Shown: piece by piece, positions 1 through 9,793 of the stretch | Layout: each line of letters opens with the position of its first letter | How positions within the stretch are numbered: position 1 is the first letter of the stretch | Assembly: GCA_963809485.1 (NCBI GenBank) | Contig: CAWEJX010000012.1 | Coordinates: forward strand, 96,001-160,000 | Length of the DNA stretch: 64,000 nt | Direction of reading: 5' to 3' | Source of the DNA: an uncultured Acidobacteriota bacterium | Lineage (GTDB): Bacteria; Acidobacteriota; UBA6911 | Notes under the pieces: model-generated | Told to the model about the DNA's origin: nothing | Database searches by the model: none | Seen by the model: only the letters and a program-made list of their open reading frames with translations | Translations under genes and position numbers: made by a program

Positions 1-178
1 ATTTTACGTCGGCAGGGTTAACTACGCCAAGGGAGCCAGATTGAAAAAATACACTTAATGCTGGTCCGGTTGACTTCGCACCCTATCACATAATGCTCTA
101 CGCCACGTCGGAAAAAGATTTTTACCAGGCGACCCCAAAATGCATGCGATGCTTCCAGCGTAACCGTAGACCTCTGGT

Positions 179-487
179 TTAACCACTATCGGCTAAAGCC
201 GGTAGAATCCTTTGCGACTGAAAGTCGCTGGCGGCGAAAGCCACTTGAGGCCCGAAGGGCCGGCATTGAATTGGCCCGGCCGTCAGGCCGGGAAGAGGAT
301 CGAGGCTAACAAGAGCGCCAAAGGCGCGGCACCTTCATTCCCGTTTGTGCCGGCCCTTCGGGCCTCATTGCCCAACAAGTTCAATCCCGAGCTGACGCTC
401 CGGCCTATTTCTTGCCGGCCCTTCGGGCCTGAAAATCAAGCTGAAAGATTACCGCCTGAAAGGCGATGGGCTTGAACCGGGCGATTG
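179..487. mobile_element. Palindromic non-coding element with IS200/IS605-like ends and internal REP-like repeats
   Basis: Hairpins CTATCGGCT-AA-AGCCGGTAG (186-205), GCGACT-GAA-AGTCGC (214-228) and CGCCT-GAA-AGGCG (453-465). Perfect 20-bp inverted repeat 246-265/348-367, with a third copy at 413-430. No transposase. Confidence 0.5.
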
Positions 488-633
488 AGCTAAAGGCGCA
501 GGTTAAAGTATTGGGCTGCTTCTGCACATTTAACACAGATATATACAGCGTATACATACGGTGATTATCTTATTTCAGGCAACGTATACTCTGCACGGAA
601 ACAGGGACAGGATAACGGCGAGGGGGGCAGAAA

Positions 634-3136
634 ATGGCGATTGAGTCTGGCAGCAAGTATGCCGAAGAAGTTGGATCATGGCAGGAAATTCTTATACCTG
701 TCCGTTCCGCGCGGGTTGAAAAGGCCAGGGAAAGAGTGCGCAAAGAAGCCGAAATCTGCCTGGAACGCATTCGAGCCGAACTCAAGGCCTATAACCAGTA
801 TAAAGACCAGCCTTCCATCATTCAGCGAGCCCGCTTCCTTGAGACTTTCCTGAGGGAGAAAAGTGTGCTTATCCAGGAGGATGAACTCATTATAGGTACC
901 GTGGGAAGTAAGCCTCGCTCCGCTTTTATAACAACGGCGAATATCGCCTCTATCGAAGAAGAGCTGGATGATCCGGTAAAGGACTTCTCAATACGGTCCT
1001 ATGACAGGATTTTAGTTCATCCTGAGGAGAGAAAAGAACTGAGAGAAGAGATTATTCCGGCCGTTAAAGGCAGTGCCATCTCTCTTTTCGAGTATAATTT
1101 TAAAAATGTCGACCGGGATATTCTCGAACATGCCGCTCCCGGAGTCTCATCCTGTCCGCATATACCTATTATCGGTGACGTATCGATGGCAAGAGAAGGC
1201 GGCCACATGTTCCTCAACTTTGAAAAGGCCCTTTGTAAAGGGCTTAGAGGAATCAAGGAAGAGGTCAGGGAGAAGTTGGCGGAACTTGACCAGCCATATC
1301 GCGGATTTGACCGAAAACAGAGACGAGAATTTTACGAATCCGTGCTCATCACCCTGAATGCCGCTACGGAATATTTCCAGAAATATGCCGGACGCGCGCG
1401 TGAGATGGCAGCAAAAGAAACAGATCCGAAACGAAGGACGGAACTGGAACATATTGCCGAGACATGCGACCGGGTGCCGGAAAATCCCGCGCGGGACTGG
1501 TGGGAAGCTCTACAGTCCATCTGGTTCCTGTTCACTCTGAGTTGGATGGAACACGCCACTTTTGCAGTACATTTTCTCGGCCGAATCGACCAGATTTTGT
1601 ATCCCTTCTACAAGAAAACCGTAGAAGATGAGAAGAAAATGACCCGGGAAGAAGCTCTGGAGCTTCTGGAATGCTTCCTGGTGAAATTCAACGAACCAGC
1701 CTGGGCACTCAACTACGAGTGGTCGCAATGGGCAACCGGCCAGGGACTTTCCCAGACAATGGTGATCGGCGGACAGACCAGAGAGGGCAAAGATGCCTGC
1801 AACGAGGTTACCATGCTTGTACTGGAAGCTATGGAACAATTGCGTCTGAATCAGCCGGAATTCGCCATGAGGATATGGGAAGGGACACCCGATAAATATC
1901 TTAAAAAGGCGACCGAGCTTATCCGCCTCGGGCTCGGCTATCCGAAATTCATCGGTGACCGGAAAGGAATTCAGATGGCAGCCAAGGCCTATCCGGACCT
2001 GACAATCGAAGACTGGCGCCAGTTCGCTGTTGCCGGATGTTCGGAGATAGGTCTGCCTTATATCACTATGGATAACGGTTATGAAGCAATCGCACTGGCC
2101 TCCAAGTGGATAGAGCTGGTCTTGAGTAACGGTAAATGCGCGGTATGCGGCAAGCAGATCGGACTGGAAACCGGCGATCCCAGGAAATTTGAATCTATGG
2201 AACAGGTGAAAGAGGCCTACCGCAAACAGGTATTCTACTGGGGCGAGTATATGGCAAAGGCCGAGAAGATTTTCAAGGAAAACCAGAGCGAATGGTATCC
2301 TGCTCCATTCTGCTCGGCCTTTACCGAAGGACCCCTTGACAGAGGGCGAGATATTACCAGGGGCGGCGCCTGGTACACCGTGTACGGTTTCCTGCTGGCC
2401 AGCATCGCCGACGCAGCGGATTCTCTGGGAGTAATAGACAAGCTTATCTACCGTGATAAAAAGGTTACCTGGGACCAGCTGATTGAAGCGGTGAATGCCA
2501 ACTGGGAAGGTTATGAAAACATAAGGCAGCTCTGCGTCAACGGTGTCCCAAAATACGGGAATGACGACGATTACGCCGACGGCTGGGCAATCTGGGTAGC
2601 CGATGTCTGGGCCGACCTTATAGACTGGCTCAATACCAGAAAAGACCTTATGCCGAGGTGGGGAGGCAGATATCTGGCAGGTGGCCTGGTGGCAATAGCC
2701 AGTACCCAGTTCGGAGAATCGATCGGCGCTACACCAAACGGGCGTAAACATCCCATGCCGGTGGCTGATACCTGCTCTCCTGTACAGGGTGTCGACCGGA
2801 ACGGTCCCAGCGCCGTGGTCAAGTCATTCAGTAAATTGCCTACTCACCGGTGGGCGCTCGGCGGTCTGATAAACATCCGGTTAAATCCGAATCTGTTTAC
2901 AACCGATGCTGACCTTGAGAGATTTGCGGCTTTTATTCAGAGCATGTGAAGAGTTAGGTCTGTACCATGTTCAGTTCAATATAATTTCTGCGGAACTGCT
3001 GCGTAATGCAATGAAAGAACCGGAAAAATACCGGGACCTGCTGGTCCGGGTAGCCAGCTATGTCGCCTACTTTGTTGAGTTGAGTCCGAACCAGCAGATG
3101 GACATCATCAACAGAACCGAGCAACAGAGCTGGTAA
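634..3136 (+). CDS. Glycyl-radical-enzyme fold protein (PFL2/glycerol dehydratase-like) with Ser at the radical Gly position; +1 frameshift near 2937
   Basis: ORF 634-2949 has GRE motifs (RIDQILYPFY, IGGQ, Cys loop AGCSE with TGT at 2038, PKYGNDD, GATPNGR). The C-terminus HVQFNI...DLLVRVASY continues in another frame to 3136. RBS GAGGGGG lies upstream. Confidence 0.9.
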
Positions 3137-3169
3137 CAGACCAAAAGCGCACCGGGGAGGGGTATCGGC

Positions 3170-4099
3170 TTGACGAATAAATCGGCTGACCCTGCAAAGA
3201 AACGACATGTCCTCAGCATTACCCGGATGACAGTTCATAACGGACCCGGGATACGAACCTTAATACTTCTGAAAGGCTGTCCTTTACGCTGCATCTGGTG
3301 TTCCACACCCGAATCCCGGAAAGAGACCCCGGAAATCGCTTTCTACCCGCATCAGTGTATCCTCTGTAACGACTGTATTCCGGTCTGTCCGAAGAACGCG
3401 ATAGCAACCGGTGATAGAGCGGTGGTCATAGACAGGGAGTTATGTGATAACTGCGGGCGGTGCGTCGATGTATGCAACACGGAAGCCCTGAGGCTCCTGG
3501 GACAGCAATATACAGCAGACGAACTCGTCCACGAGGTGATGAAGGACGAAATTGTCCATAAACATTCCGGCGGCGGAGCAACAGTCTCGGGAGGAGAGCC
3601 TCTGCTTGAACCTGAGTTTGCCGCCGAATTGCTCCGCTCTCTTAAGGAGAACGGAATTAATACCGGAGCGGATACCTGCGGTTTTGTCCCCCGAAAAAAT
3701 ATCGAGGCCGTCCTCCCCTATGTCGATTTTTTTCTCTGGGATATCAAACACATGGATGATGATACCCACCGCAAACTGACCGGAGTATCCAACCGTCTCA
3801 TCCTGGACAATCTTTGTTTTGCTTCGGGCAATAATATCCCGGTTTATTTGAAAGTACCCGTGATACCCGGCTGCAATGATTCCGAGGAAAACCTCAGGGC
3901 TGTCTGTAATTTCGCCGGAGACCTGCACTCGCTGGTTGAGATAAACCTCCTGCCGTTGCACCATCTGGGCAAGGCCAGATATGCTGCTCTGGGCCTCGAT
4001 TACCCCATAGACGGGATTCCTTTCATTAAGGATGATGTTCTCACGGAGATGAAACGCCTGGCAGAATCATACGGATTAAAATGCAGCATAATCGGGTAA
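3170..4099 (+). CDS. GRE-activating radical SAM enzyme with 2x[4Fe-4S] ferredoxin insert
   Basis: HNGPGIRT, CPLRCIWC (CX3CX2C), CILCNDCIPVC and CDNCGRCVDVC, GGATVSGGEP, DIKHMD; adjacent to the GRE. Confidence 0.93.
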   Translation: MTNKSADPAKKRHVLSITRMTVHNGPGIRTLILLKGCPLRCIWCSTPESRKETPEIAFYPHQCILCNDCIPVCPKNAIATGDRAVVIDRELCDNCGRCVDVCNTEALRLLGQQYTADELVHEVMKDEIVHKHSGGGATVSGGEPLLEPEFAAELLRSLKENGINTGADTCGFVPRKNIEAVLPYVDFFLWDIKHMDDDTHRKLTGVSNRLILDNLCFASGNNIPVYLKVPVIPGCNDSEENLRAVCNFAGDLHSLVEINLLPLHHLGKARYAALGLDYPIDGIPFIKDDVLTEMKRLAESYGLKCSIIG

Positions 4100-4135
4100 C
4101 GGAGAAAAAAGACGCAGAATCCCAATATCGACGAA

Positions 4136-4330
4136 TTGCTCTCCGGCTCAATAGATATGCATCTTCATTCCGGTCCGGACGAGATTCCGGGGCGCGCGGA
4201 TGCCGGTGAAACCGCCGAACAGGCTGCCGACGTCGGAATGAAAGCCATCGTGCTGAAAACTACAGTTATCCCACCACCCCGGTGGCTATCATCGCCCGGG
4301 AGATGGCGCCTGAAGTTGAGGTTTTCGACC
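4136..4330 (+). pseudogene. Truncated amidohydrolase-fold (DUF6282-like) N-terminal fragment
   Basis: GSIDMHLHSGPD...AADVGMKAIVLK, then a frameshift to (N)YSYPTT...APEVEVF; ends before the next gene. Confidence 0.55.
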
Positions 4331-4376
4331 CTTACAACTGTTCAAAAGGAATAAAGTGGAAGAAAGGAGAGAAATC

Positions 4377-6218
4377 ATGCGACGTTTTAGAATAGCATTA
4401 ATCTGTTTATGTGCTCTGGGCATTGTGTTAGCGGTATACGTGGTGACCAAAGGAGGTATAGAGGATGATACCTTAACAAGCAAGAAAGTAACAGTGCTGA
4501 ACCCGAGAGGTATAGCTCCTCCAATCGAAATGATACCCATGGCACCCAGGCTTGACACCCTGGAGGGCAAAACAATATACCTCGCAGGTATAAATTTCCA
4601 ACCGTTGCATCAAGGCATGATAGAAATCCACAGAATACTCGCCGAAAAATATCCCAAAACCACCTTTATACTCAAGGTCAAAGAGGGCTCCTACTTGGTT
4701 AATGACCAGAAGCTATGGGATGAAATCAAAGAAAAGGGCGACGGAGCGATAGTCGGTATCGGGCAGCTAGACACCAATGCACCGGCGACTGTCATCTTCT
4801 CCTCAATACTGGAAAAAATGGGGATACCCACGGCACCTGTTGTCACCGCAGGGTTTCCGAATCTCACAAGAAGCTTCGCGTACAAGAAGGGGATGCCTGA
4901 ACTGCGATTGACTTTTATTCCCCATCCTTTCTCAGCCAGACCAGTCGAAGTACAACGGGAATATATAAAGGGTAAAGATCCCATAAGCGGCAAACCAATT
5001 ATTGAACAAATCGTTGAGGCCCTCACCAAACCGCTAACCGATAAAGAACGAAAGACAGGTACCATAGAAAGACCCATACGAAGAATCCTGGGGCCTGATA
5101 CTCCCGAGAACCTGGCCAAGCTCTTTCTTGAAAACGGATGGACGGACGGTCTTCCGATAATTCTTCCTACGCAAGCAAGGGTAGCCGCGATGCTCAAGGG
5201 AACAAGCCACAAGCCTGATGAAGTAATCGGCATGATGCAGCCCACTCCTCCTAACGAGGCATGGGAAGGCTCTTTAAGGCAACTTGGCGGTAGTCAGGCG
5301 AAAGGAGGAGCTGAATTACCGGTAACGATGCAGCCTTCGCCTCCCTACGAGTCCTGGCAATATACTGTGGAGCATGTCGCTATCAATGCCGTGATGGCGG
5401 GAGCCAGTAAAGAGCATTTTCCTGTTATACTATCTATAGCCTCCACAGGAGTAACCTCATTATTCAGTTCCTGTTCCTCTTTCGCCAGGATGGTTGTCGC
5501 CAACGGGCCAATCCGCAAAGAGATAAAGATGAATTCCGGACTGGCCGCGTTGGGCCCCTTCAATCATGCCAATTCCGTCATCGGAAGGGCGTGGACGCTG
5601 ATATCCAAGAATCTGGGAGGCTCGATACCGGGTGAAACATATCTGGGTGATCTGGGTAATGCCCTCAACTACAACAATTTATGTTTTGCGGAGAATGAAG
5701 AGGCACTGCCCGAAGGATGGAGTCCCCTGCATGTGCAGAAAGGCTTCAAACCTGAAGAAAGCGTTGTCAGTATCTTGAGCGGGTGGAGTTTGATTAATTA
5801 TGGTGCTTTTAAGCCGTACCCGATTCACGAGGTCGCCAGGAAATTGTTTATAAGCTTTGAAACCAGCGGAGCCAGTATGGGTCGCCCTACTCTGTTATTA
5901 AGTCCCATAACGGCAACAGATCTAAAGAATGAAGGCTTCGAGAGTAAGGAGAAGTTGAGCCAGTGGCTCAAGGAAAATACCTATATGACCCTCTGGAATT
6001 ACTGGGCGATGAGGCCTAAGGACTTAGCATCCGCTAAAGCAGGAATCGAGCCATTCGCCTCAATGCTAAAACAGTCCCCGGGGGCATACTCACCGCAAAA
6101 ATCTCTCGCGCCCAACTCACAGGTTGAGATATTGGTAGTCGGTGGGGGGACCGAGGTATCCTGGCAGGCCGGAGACTTCGGGTACATGGTATCCGCATCG
6201 GTGGATAAGTGGAGGTAG
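4377..6218 (+). CDS. UGSC-family protein paralog 1, no Sec/Cys (GQLDTN at the UxxC site), N-terminal signal/TM
   Basis: VLNP, MAPRLDTLEGK, LEKMGIP, WTDGLP, AINAVMAG, ANSVIGRA, ENEE, VVGG; closest in this window to 38786-40504; RBS AAGGAG. Confidence 0.85.
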   Translation: MRRFRIALICLCALGIVLAVYVVTKGGIEDDTLTSKKVTVLNPRGIAPPIEMIPMAPRLDTLEGKTIYLAGINFQPLHQGMIEIHRILAEKYPKTTFILKVKEGSYLVNDQKLWDEIKEKGDGAIVGIGQLDTNAPATVIFSSILEKMGIPTAPVVTAGFPNLTRSFAYKKGMPELRLTFIPHPFSARPVEVQREYIKGKDPISGKPIIEQIVEALTKPLTDKERKTGTIERPIRRILGPDTPENLAKLFLENGWTDGLPIILPTQARVAAMLKGTSHKPDEVIGMMQPTPPNEAWEGSLRQLGGSQAKGGAELPVTMQPSPPYESWQYTVEHVAINAVMAGASKEHFPVILSIASTGVTSLFSSCSSFARMVVANGPIRKEIKMNSGLAALGPFNHANSVIGRAWTLISKNLGGSIPGETYLGDLGNALNYNNLCFAENEEALPEGWSPLHVQKGFKPEESVVSILSGWSLINYGAFKPYPIHEVARKLFISFETSGASMGRPTLLLSPITATDLKNEGFESKEKLSQWLKENTYMTLWNYWAMRPKDLASAKAGIEPFASMLKQSPGAYSPQKSLAPNSQVEILVVGGGTEVSWQAGDFGYMVSASVDKWR

Positions 6219-6267
6219 AACAGCCGGGAGAGATTGATATGGCAGGGATAGGACTGTCCTCTTCCCG

Positions 6268-6470
6268 CTAGCTGGCCAAAAAGCTCGCGAGGTCGAGAGC
6301 ACGGAAAATTTGGTTTTGCTGGCTATCCATGCGAGTAAGAGTACGCTCGGAGCGCGGGCGGCCACCGATATTGAGCTTTTCGGCGGGATGAGCAGGATAA
6401 TAATTTGTGATTTCCTTGATCCTTTTGAGCTGCTCCTTCATGCGCGACTGCGGCAATTCTGCATGCTCGG
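6268..6470 (-). pseudogene. C-terminal remnant of IS1634/IS1549-like transposase
   Basis: YP...GGRPRSERTLTRMDSQQNQIFRALDL resembles IS1634-family C-termini as recalled; no start or catalytic domain. Confidence 0.4.
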
Positions 6471-6645
6471 GTCTGCGAGGGGGGGCGGTCGTTGATAGGT
6501 TAGGGTGTTCCTATTCGGGCACACAGCCGGAAACGTCCGATGCAGACAAGACGACATCTAAAGACCCTATTGTGGCTTCCCCTACTCGGCGGGTCAAGAT
6601 AGTAGCGTGTATTAGTTACAAAGTCGAACACGAAGAAAGGAGAAA

Positions 6646-7887
6646 GTGATGTCTGAAGAAAAGAAAATAACGGCAATAACCAATGGCAGATTAATCGATG
6701 GTACAGGCGCCGACCCTGTTAATAACGCGACGGTCATTATCGAGGGATCGACAATCAAGAAAGTGGAAAAGCGTCAAGAAATTCCCAAGGGTGCCGCAGT
6801 CCTGGATGTTTCCGGGAAGACAGTGATGCCGGGGCTGATAAACGCGCATTTGCACCTGGCGGGAGGCGCTTCCGGGACTGGACCGTCTCCGTACCGCCCC
6901 AGAGAAGTCGCAATGTTCAAAGCGGCAGATGATGCCAAGATTATGCTGGCATCGGGATTCACGACTGTGAAGGACTGCGCGGGGAGAAACGCCCCGTTCC
7001 TGAAGCAGGCAGTCAAAGAGGGCGTCCTGACAGGGCTTCCTCGCATCGTTGCTGCCTGTTGTGTATTGAGCCAGACAGGTGGTCCGCAGGATCAAGCATC
7101 CAAAGGCGGGAAATCTCGTGATGCACGGGAAAATGATGAGGCAGAGTTTCTCATTTGTGACGGCGTGGACGAGTGTGTTAAGGCTTCTCGCTACTCTCTG
7201 CGCTTAGGTGCGGACTTCATTAAGGTCTTTGCCAGTCTGAATTATTTCCATCCGAATCACGATTCTCCAAGCGGTGTCACATTCAGTATGGAGGAGATGG
7301 AGGCTTTTGTGAAGACAGCCGCCCAGGTTGGCAAGTTCGTCACCGTTCATTCTCAGAATCGCCATAGTTCAAAGCTTGCCATACTTGCCGGGGTAAAGAC
7401 CATCGACCACGCCAGCGGGTCGGATGACGAAGTCGTGTCATTGGGAAAGACCCACGGTTCTATTTTCGTTTCGACTCTCGCATATCTCAGGGTGATGCTT
7501 GATGGAAAACTAGCCTCTCAAGCATCAGCAATGATACAAAAGGAGTGGGATGTTTCCGTTGAGGCGTACAGGAAAATGCACGATGCGGGAGTTGTCCTGG
7601 CGGCCGGCACCGATAGCTTCGGAGACACGAGAGAAGGTGCGATGGAAATTGAATTGTTGACGAAATATTGCAGTTTCACCCCGATGGAAGCAATTGTGGC
7701 TGCGACCAAACGCGGAGCCGAAGCCTGTTTTATGGGTGATAAGACGGGGACGATAGAGACAGGTAAGTACGCCGATATTATCGTTGTCGACGGCGACCCG
7801 CTGTCGAACATCAAGATATTGCAGGATGTCAATAAGATTAAAATAGTGATGTTGGAAGGCGACATCTGTGTCGATCGCGGGCTTTAA
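6646..7887 (+). CDS. Metal-dependent amidohydrolase (Xaa-Pro dipeptidase/ochratoxinase-like)
   Basis: GKTVMPGLINAHLH, DFIKV, VTVH, TIDH, AGTD, GTIETGKYADIIVVDGDP. Confidence 0.9.
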   Translation: MMSEEKKITAITNGRLIDGTGADPVNNATVIIEGSTIKKVEKRQEIPKGAAVLDVSGKTVMPGLINAHLHLAGGASGTGPSPYRPREVAMFKAADDAKIMLASGFTTVKDCAGRNAPFLKQAVKEGVLTGLPRIVAACCVLSQTGGPQDQASKGGKSRDARENDEAEFLICDGVDECVKASRYSLRLGADFIKVFASLNYFHPNHDSPSGVTFSMEEMEAFVKTAAQVGKFVTVHSQNRHSSKLAILAGVKTIDHASGSDDEVVSLGKTHGSIFVSTLAYLRVMLDGKLASQASAMIQKEWDVSVEAYRKMHDAGVVLAAGTDSFGDTREGAMEIELLTKYCSFTPMEAIVAATKRGAEACFMGDKTGTIETGKYADIIVVDGDPLSNIKILQDVNKIKIVMLEGDICVDRGL

Positions 7888-8103
7888 GCCCTAAAAATGA
7901 GATAAATCGACCTCATAGAGGATTAGCCTGTCGAGAGCATCGAGGTCGGGCGATGGGCTCCCGAGAGCATGCCTGATTTTTGAAGATCTGAGATGTGTCG
8001 ACATCAGAAAAGCTGGATCTTGGGAGGATGATAAAGATACTCCGGGAAGGTGGAAGACTGGGCACTGTATAAAAAATGTATCCATCCATGGGAGGAACCG
8101 CAG

Positions 8104-9179
8104 ATGAAACATTTAAACAGTATGCAAAAACTATTGATATTCATTAGCTATATCCTAATGGTCTGCGGGAGCGCCGCTATCGCGGATGATCGTCCAGACT
8201 CCGGGGGTATTACATATCTTCAGGGCCCCAGGAATGCCGAGGATATCCAACCGCTTGGTGATTCTCAGTGGTTGGTTACCTCCGGCTTGAACGGCCAGGC
8301 TTCAAAAACGGATGATAACGGCCATATCTACTTGGTCAATCGCAAAGAGAAGACATTCGAAGAATTCTTTCCGGGGGTAACGCCACAATTTAATCACGAT
8401 AAGGTAATGTTCAATGCCTGCCCAGGCCCGATAAACCCTAATAAATTTTCCGCCCATGGACTGGCCGTGCGGAAACGATCGTCCGGGCTTTATCGCCTGT
8501 ACGTCGTCAATCATGGAGAAAGAGAAGCCATAGAAGTATTTAATATTGACGCTAAAAGGCAAAAAGCCAGCGATTAGTTGGGCGGGTTGTGTATTATTAC
8601 CCAAAGAGATCATGGCGAACAGTGTCGCTATTCTTTCAGATGGTGGATTTTTAGACGACCAAGTATTTCGATCCGACTGTGCCGAATTCCATCAAAGAGC
8701 TCGTCCGGGGCAAGATCACCGGTGGTGTTTATGAATGGCATCCCGGCGGAACCGTTAAAGCCCTACACGGTACGGAGCTATCCGGCGCAAACGGGATCGC
8801 GGTATCTCCGGATGGTGAATGGGTCTATGTGACGGCCTTTGGTACACGCGAGATAGCCCGTTTTAACCGTACAAAAAGTCCTATTACAATGGAGAAAGTT
8901 AAGATCGACATCATGCCTGATAACATCCGTTGGGGTGATGATGGCATGCTTTATATCGCGGGTAATAATTATGTACCGCCTGAGCAATGCCCAAAACCAC
9001 CCTGTCGGACTGGATGGTCCGTATTTAGTATCCACCCTGAAACCTTGGAATTGAAACGAGTAACCGGTGTTGATCAAACGGCAACTTTGCAGAATGCCAC
9101 CACGGCACTTGCAGTGGGTAATGAGATATGGGTGGGAACCTACTCGGGTGATAGGATTGGTTATTTACCGAAGCCTTAA
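8104..9179 (+). CDS. Secreted paraoxonase/SMP-30-like beta-propeller, split by two frameshifts (~8560, ~8655)
   Basis: Signal peptide; NAEDI, AHGL, NHGEREAIEVF, ANSVA, GANGI, PDNI motifs are spread over ORFs 8050-8577, 8546-8734 and 8679-9179. Confidence 0.75.
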
Positions 9180-9206
9180 AGGCAGTTCAATATAATGGGA
9201 GGTCTT

Positions 9207-9545
9207 ATGAGTATCAACAGATCAAGGAGGAGCTTTCTAAAGGCTGCGGGTGGGGGATTATTATTGCCTGCCGCCGGATGTGCATCAACAACGGGCCCCA
9301 AAGCCGCATCTCAACCGCCTGCAAACGTTGTCAATCACACTTTCGGCAAAGCAGGCCCGAAGGTTTGCGGAGTAGCCTGCGGGCTCGGCTTCGTGCCTCT
9401 GACGGAAGAGGCCTCCCGTGCCTTGGAAATGGGGATTAATTACTGCGATGCATCAGGAGATTACGGCGACAGCGAAAGGATCTTATCAGACATGACAAAA
9501 GGCCGGAATCGGGTGTACGCCCCGTATTACATGATATATTCGTGA
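9207..9545 (+). pseudogene. Truncated Tat-signal aldo/keto reductase
   Basis: RSRRSFLKAAG; FGKAGPKV..G.G; RALEMGINYCDASGDYGDSERIL; only about 110 aa. Confidence 0.65.
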
Positions 9546-9793
9546 AACCACAGCATATTTCATTACCTGGAAAAGTGCGGAGGCATGGAAGGCCGGCGCC
9601 TATTTTCCGGATAAAGCCAAGCAAGTGTGACCTGGAGCCGGCATTATTCGTCCTTCTGGAATGAGTCCATGGCATTATGCGAGATGTTTCTCCCCGAATG
9701 GGGAGGAGAGTCCCCAGATAGAATATAAGTACTATCAAGCCGCCACGGGGAAAAACGGTTCTCAATCTTCAGACTGCTTGGAAGGAGGAAGAA

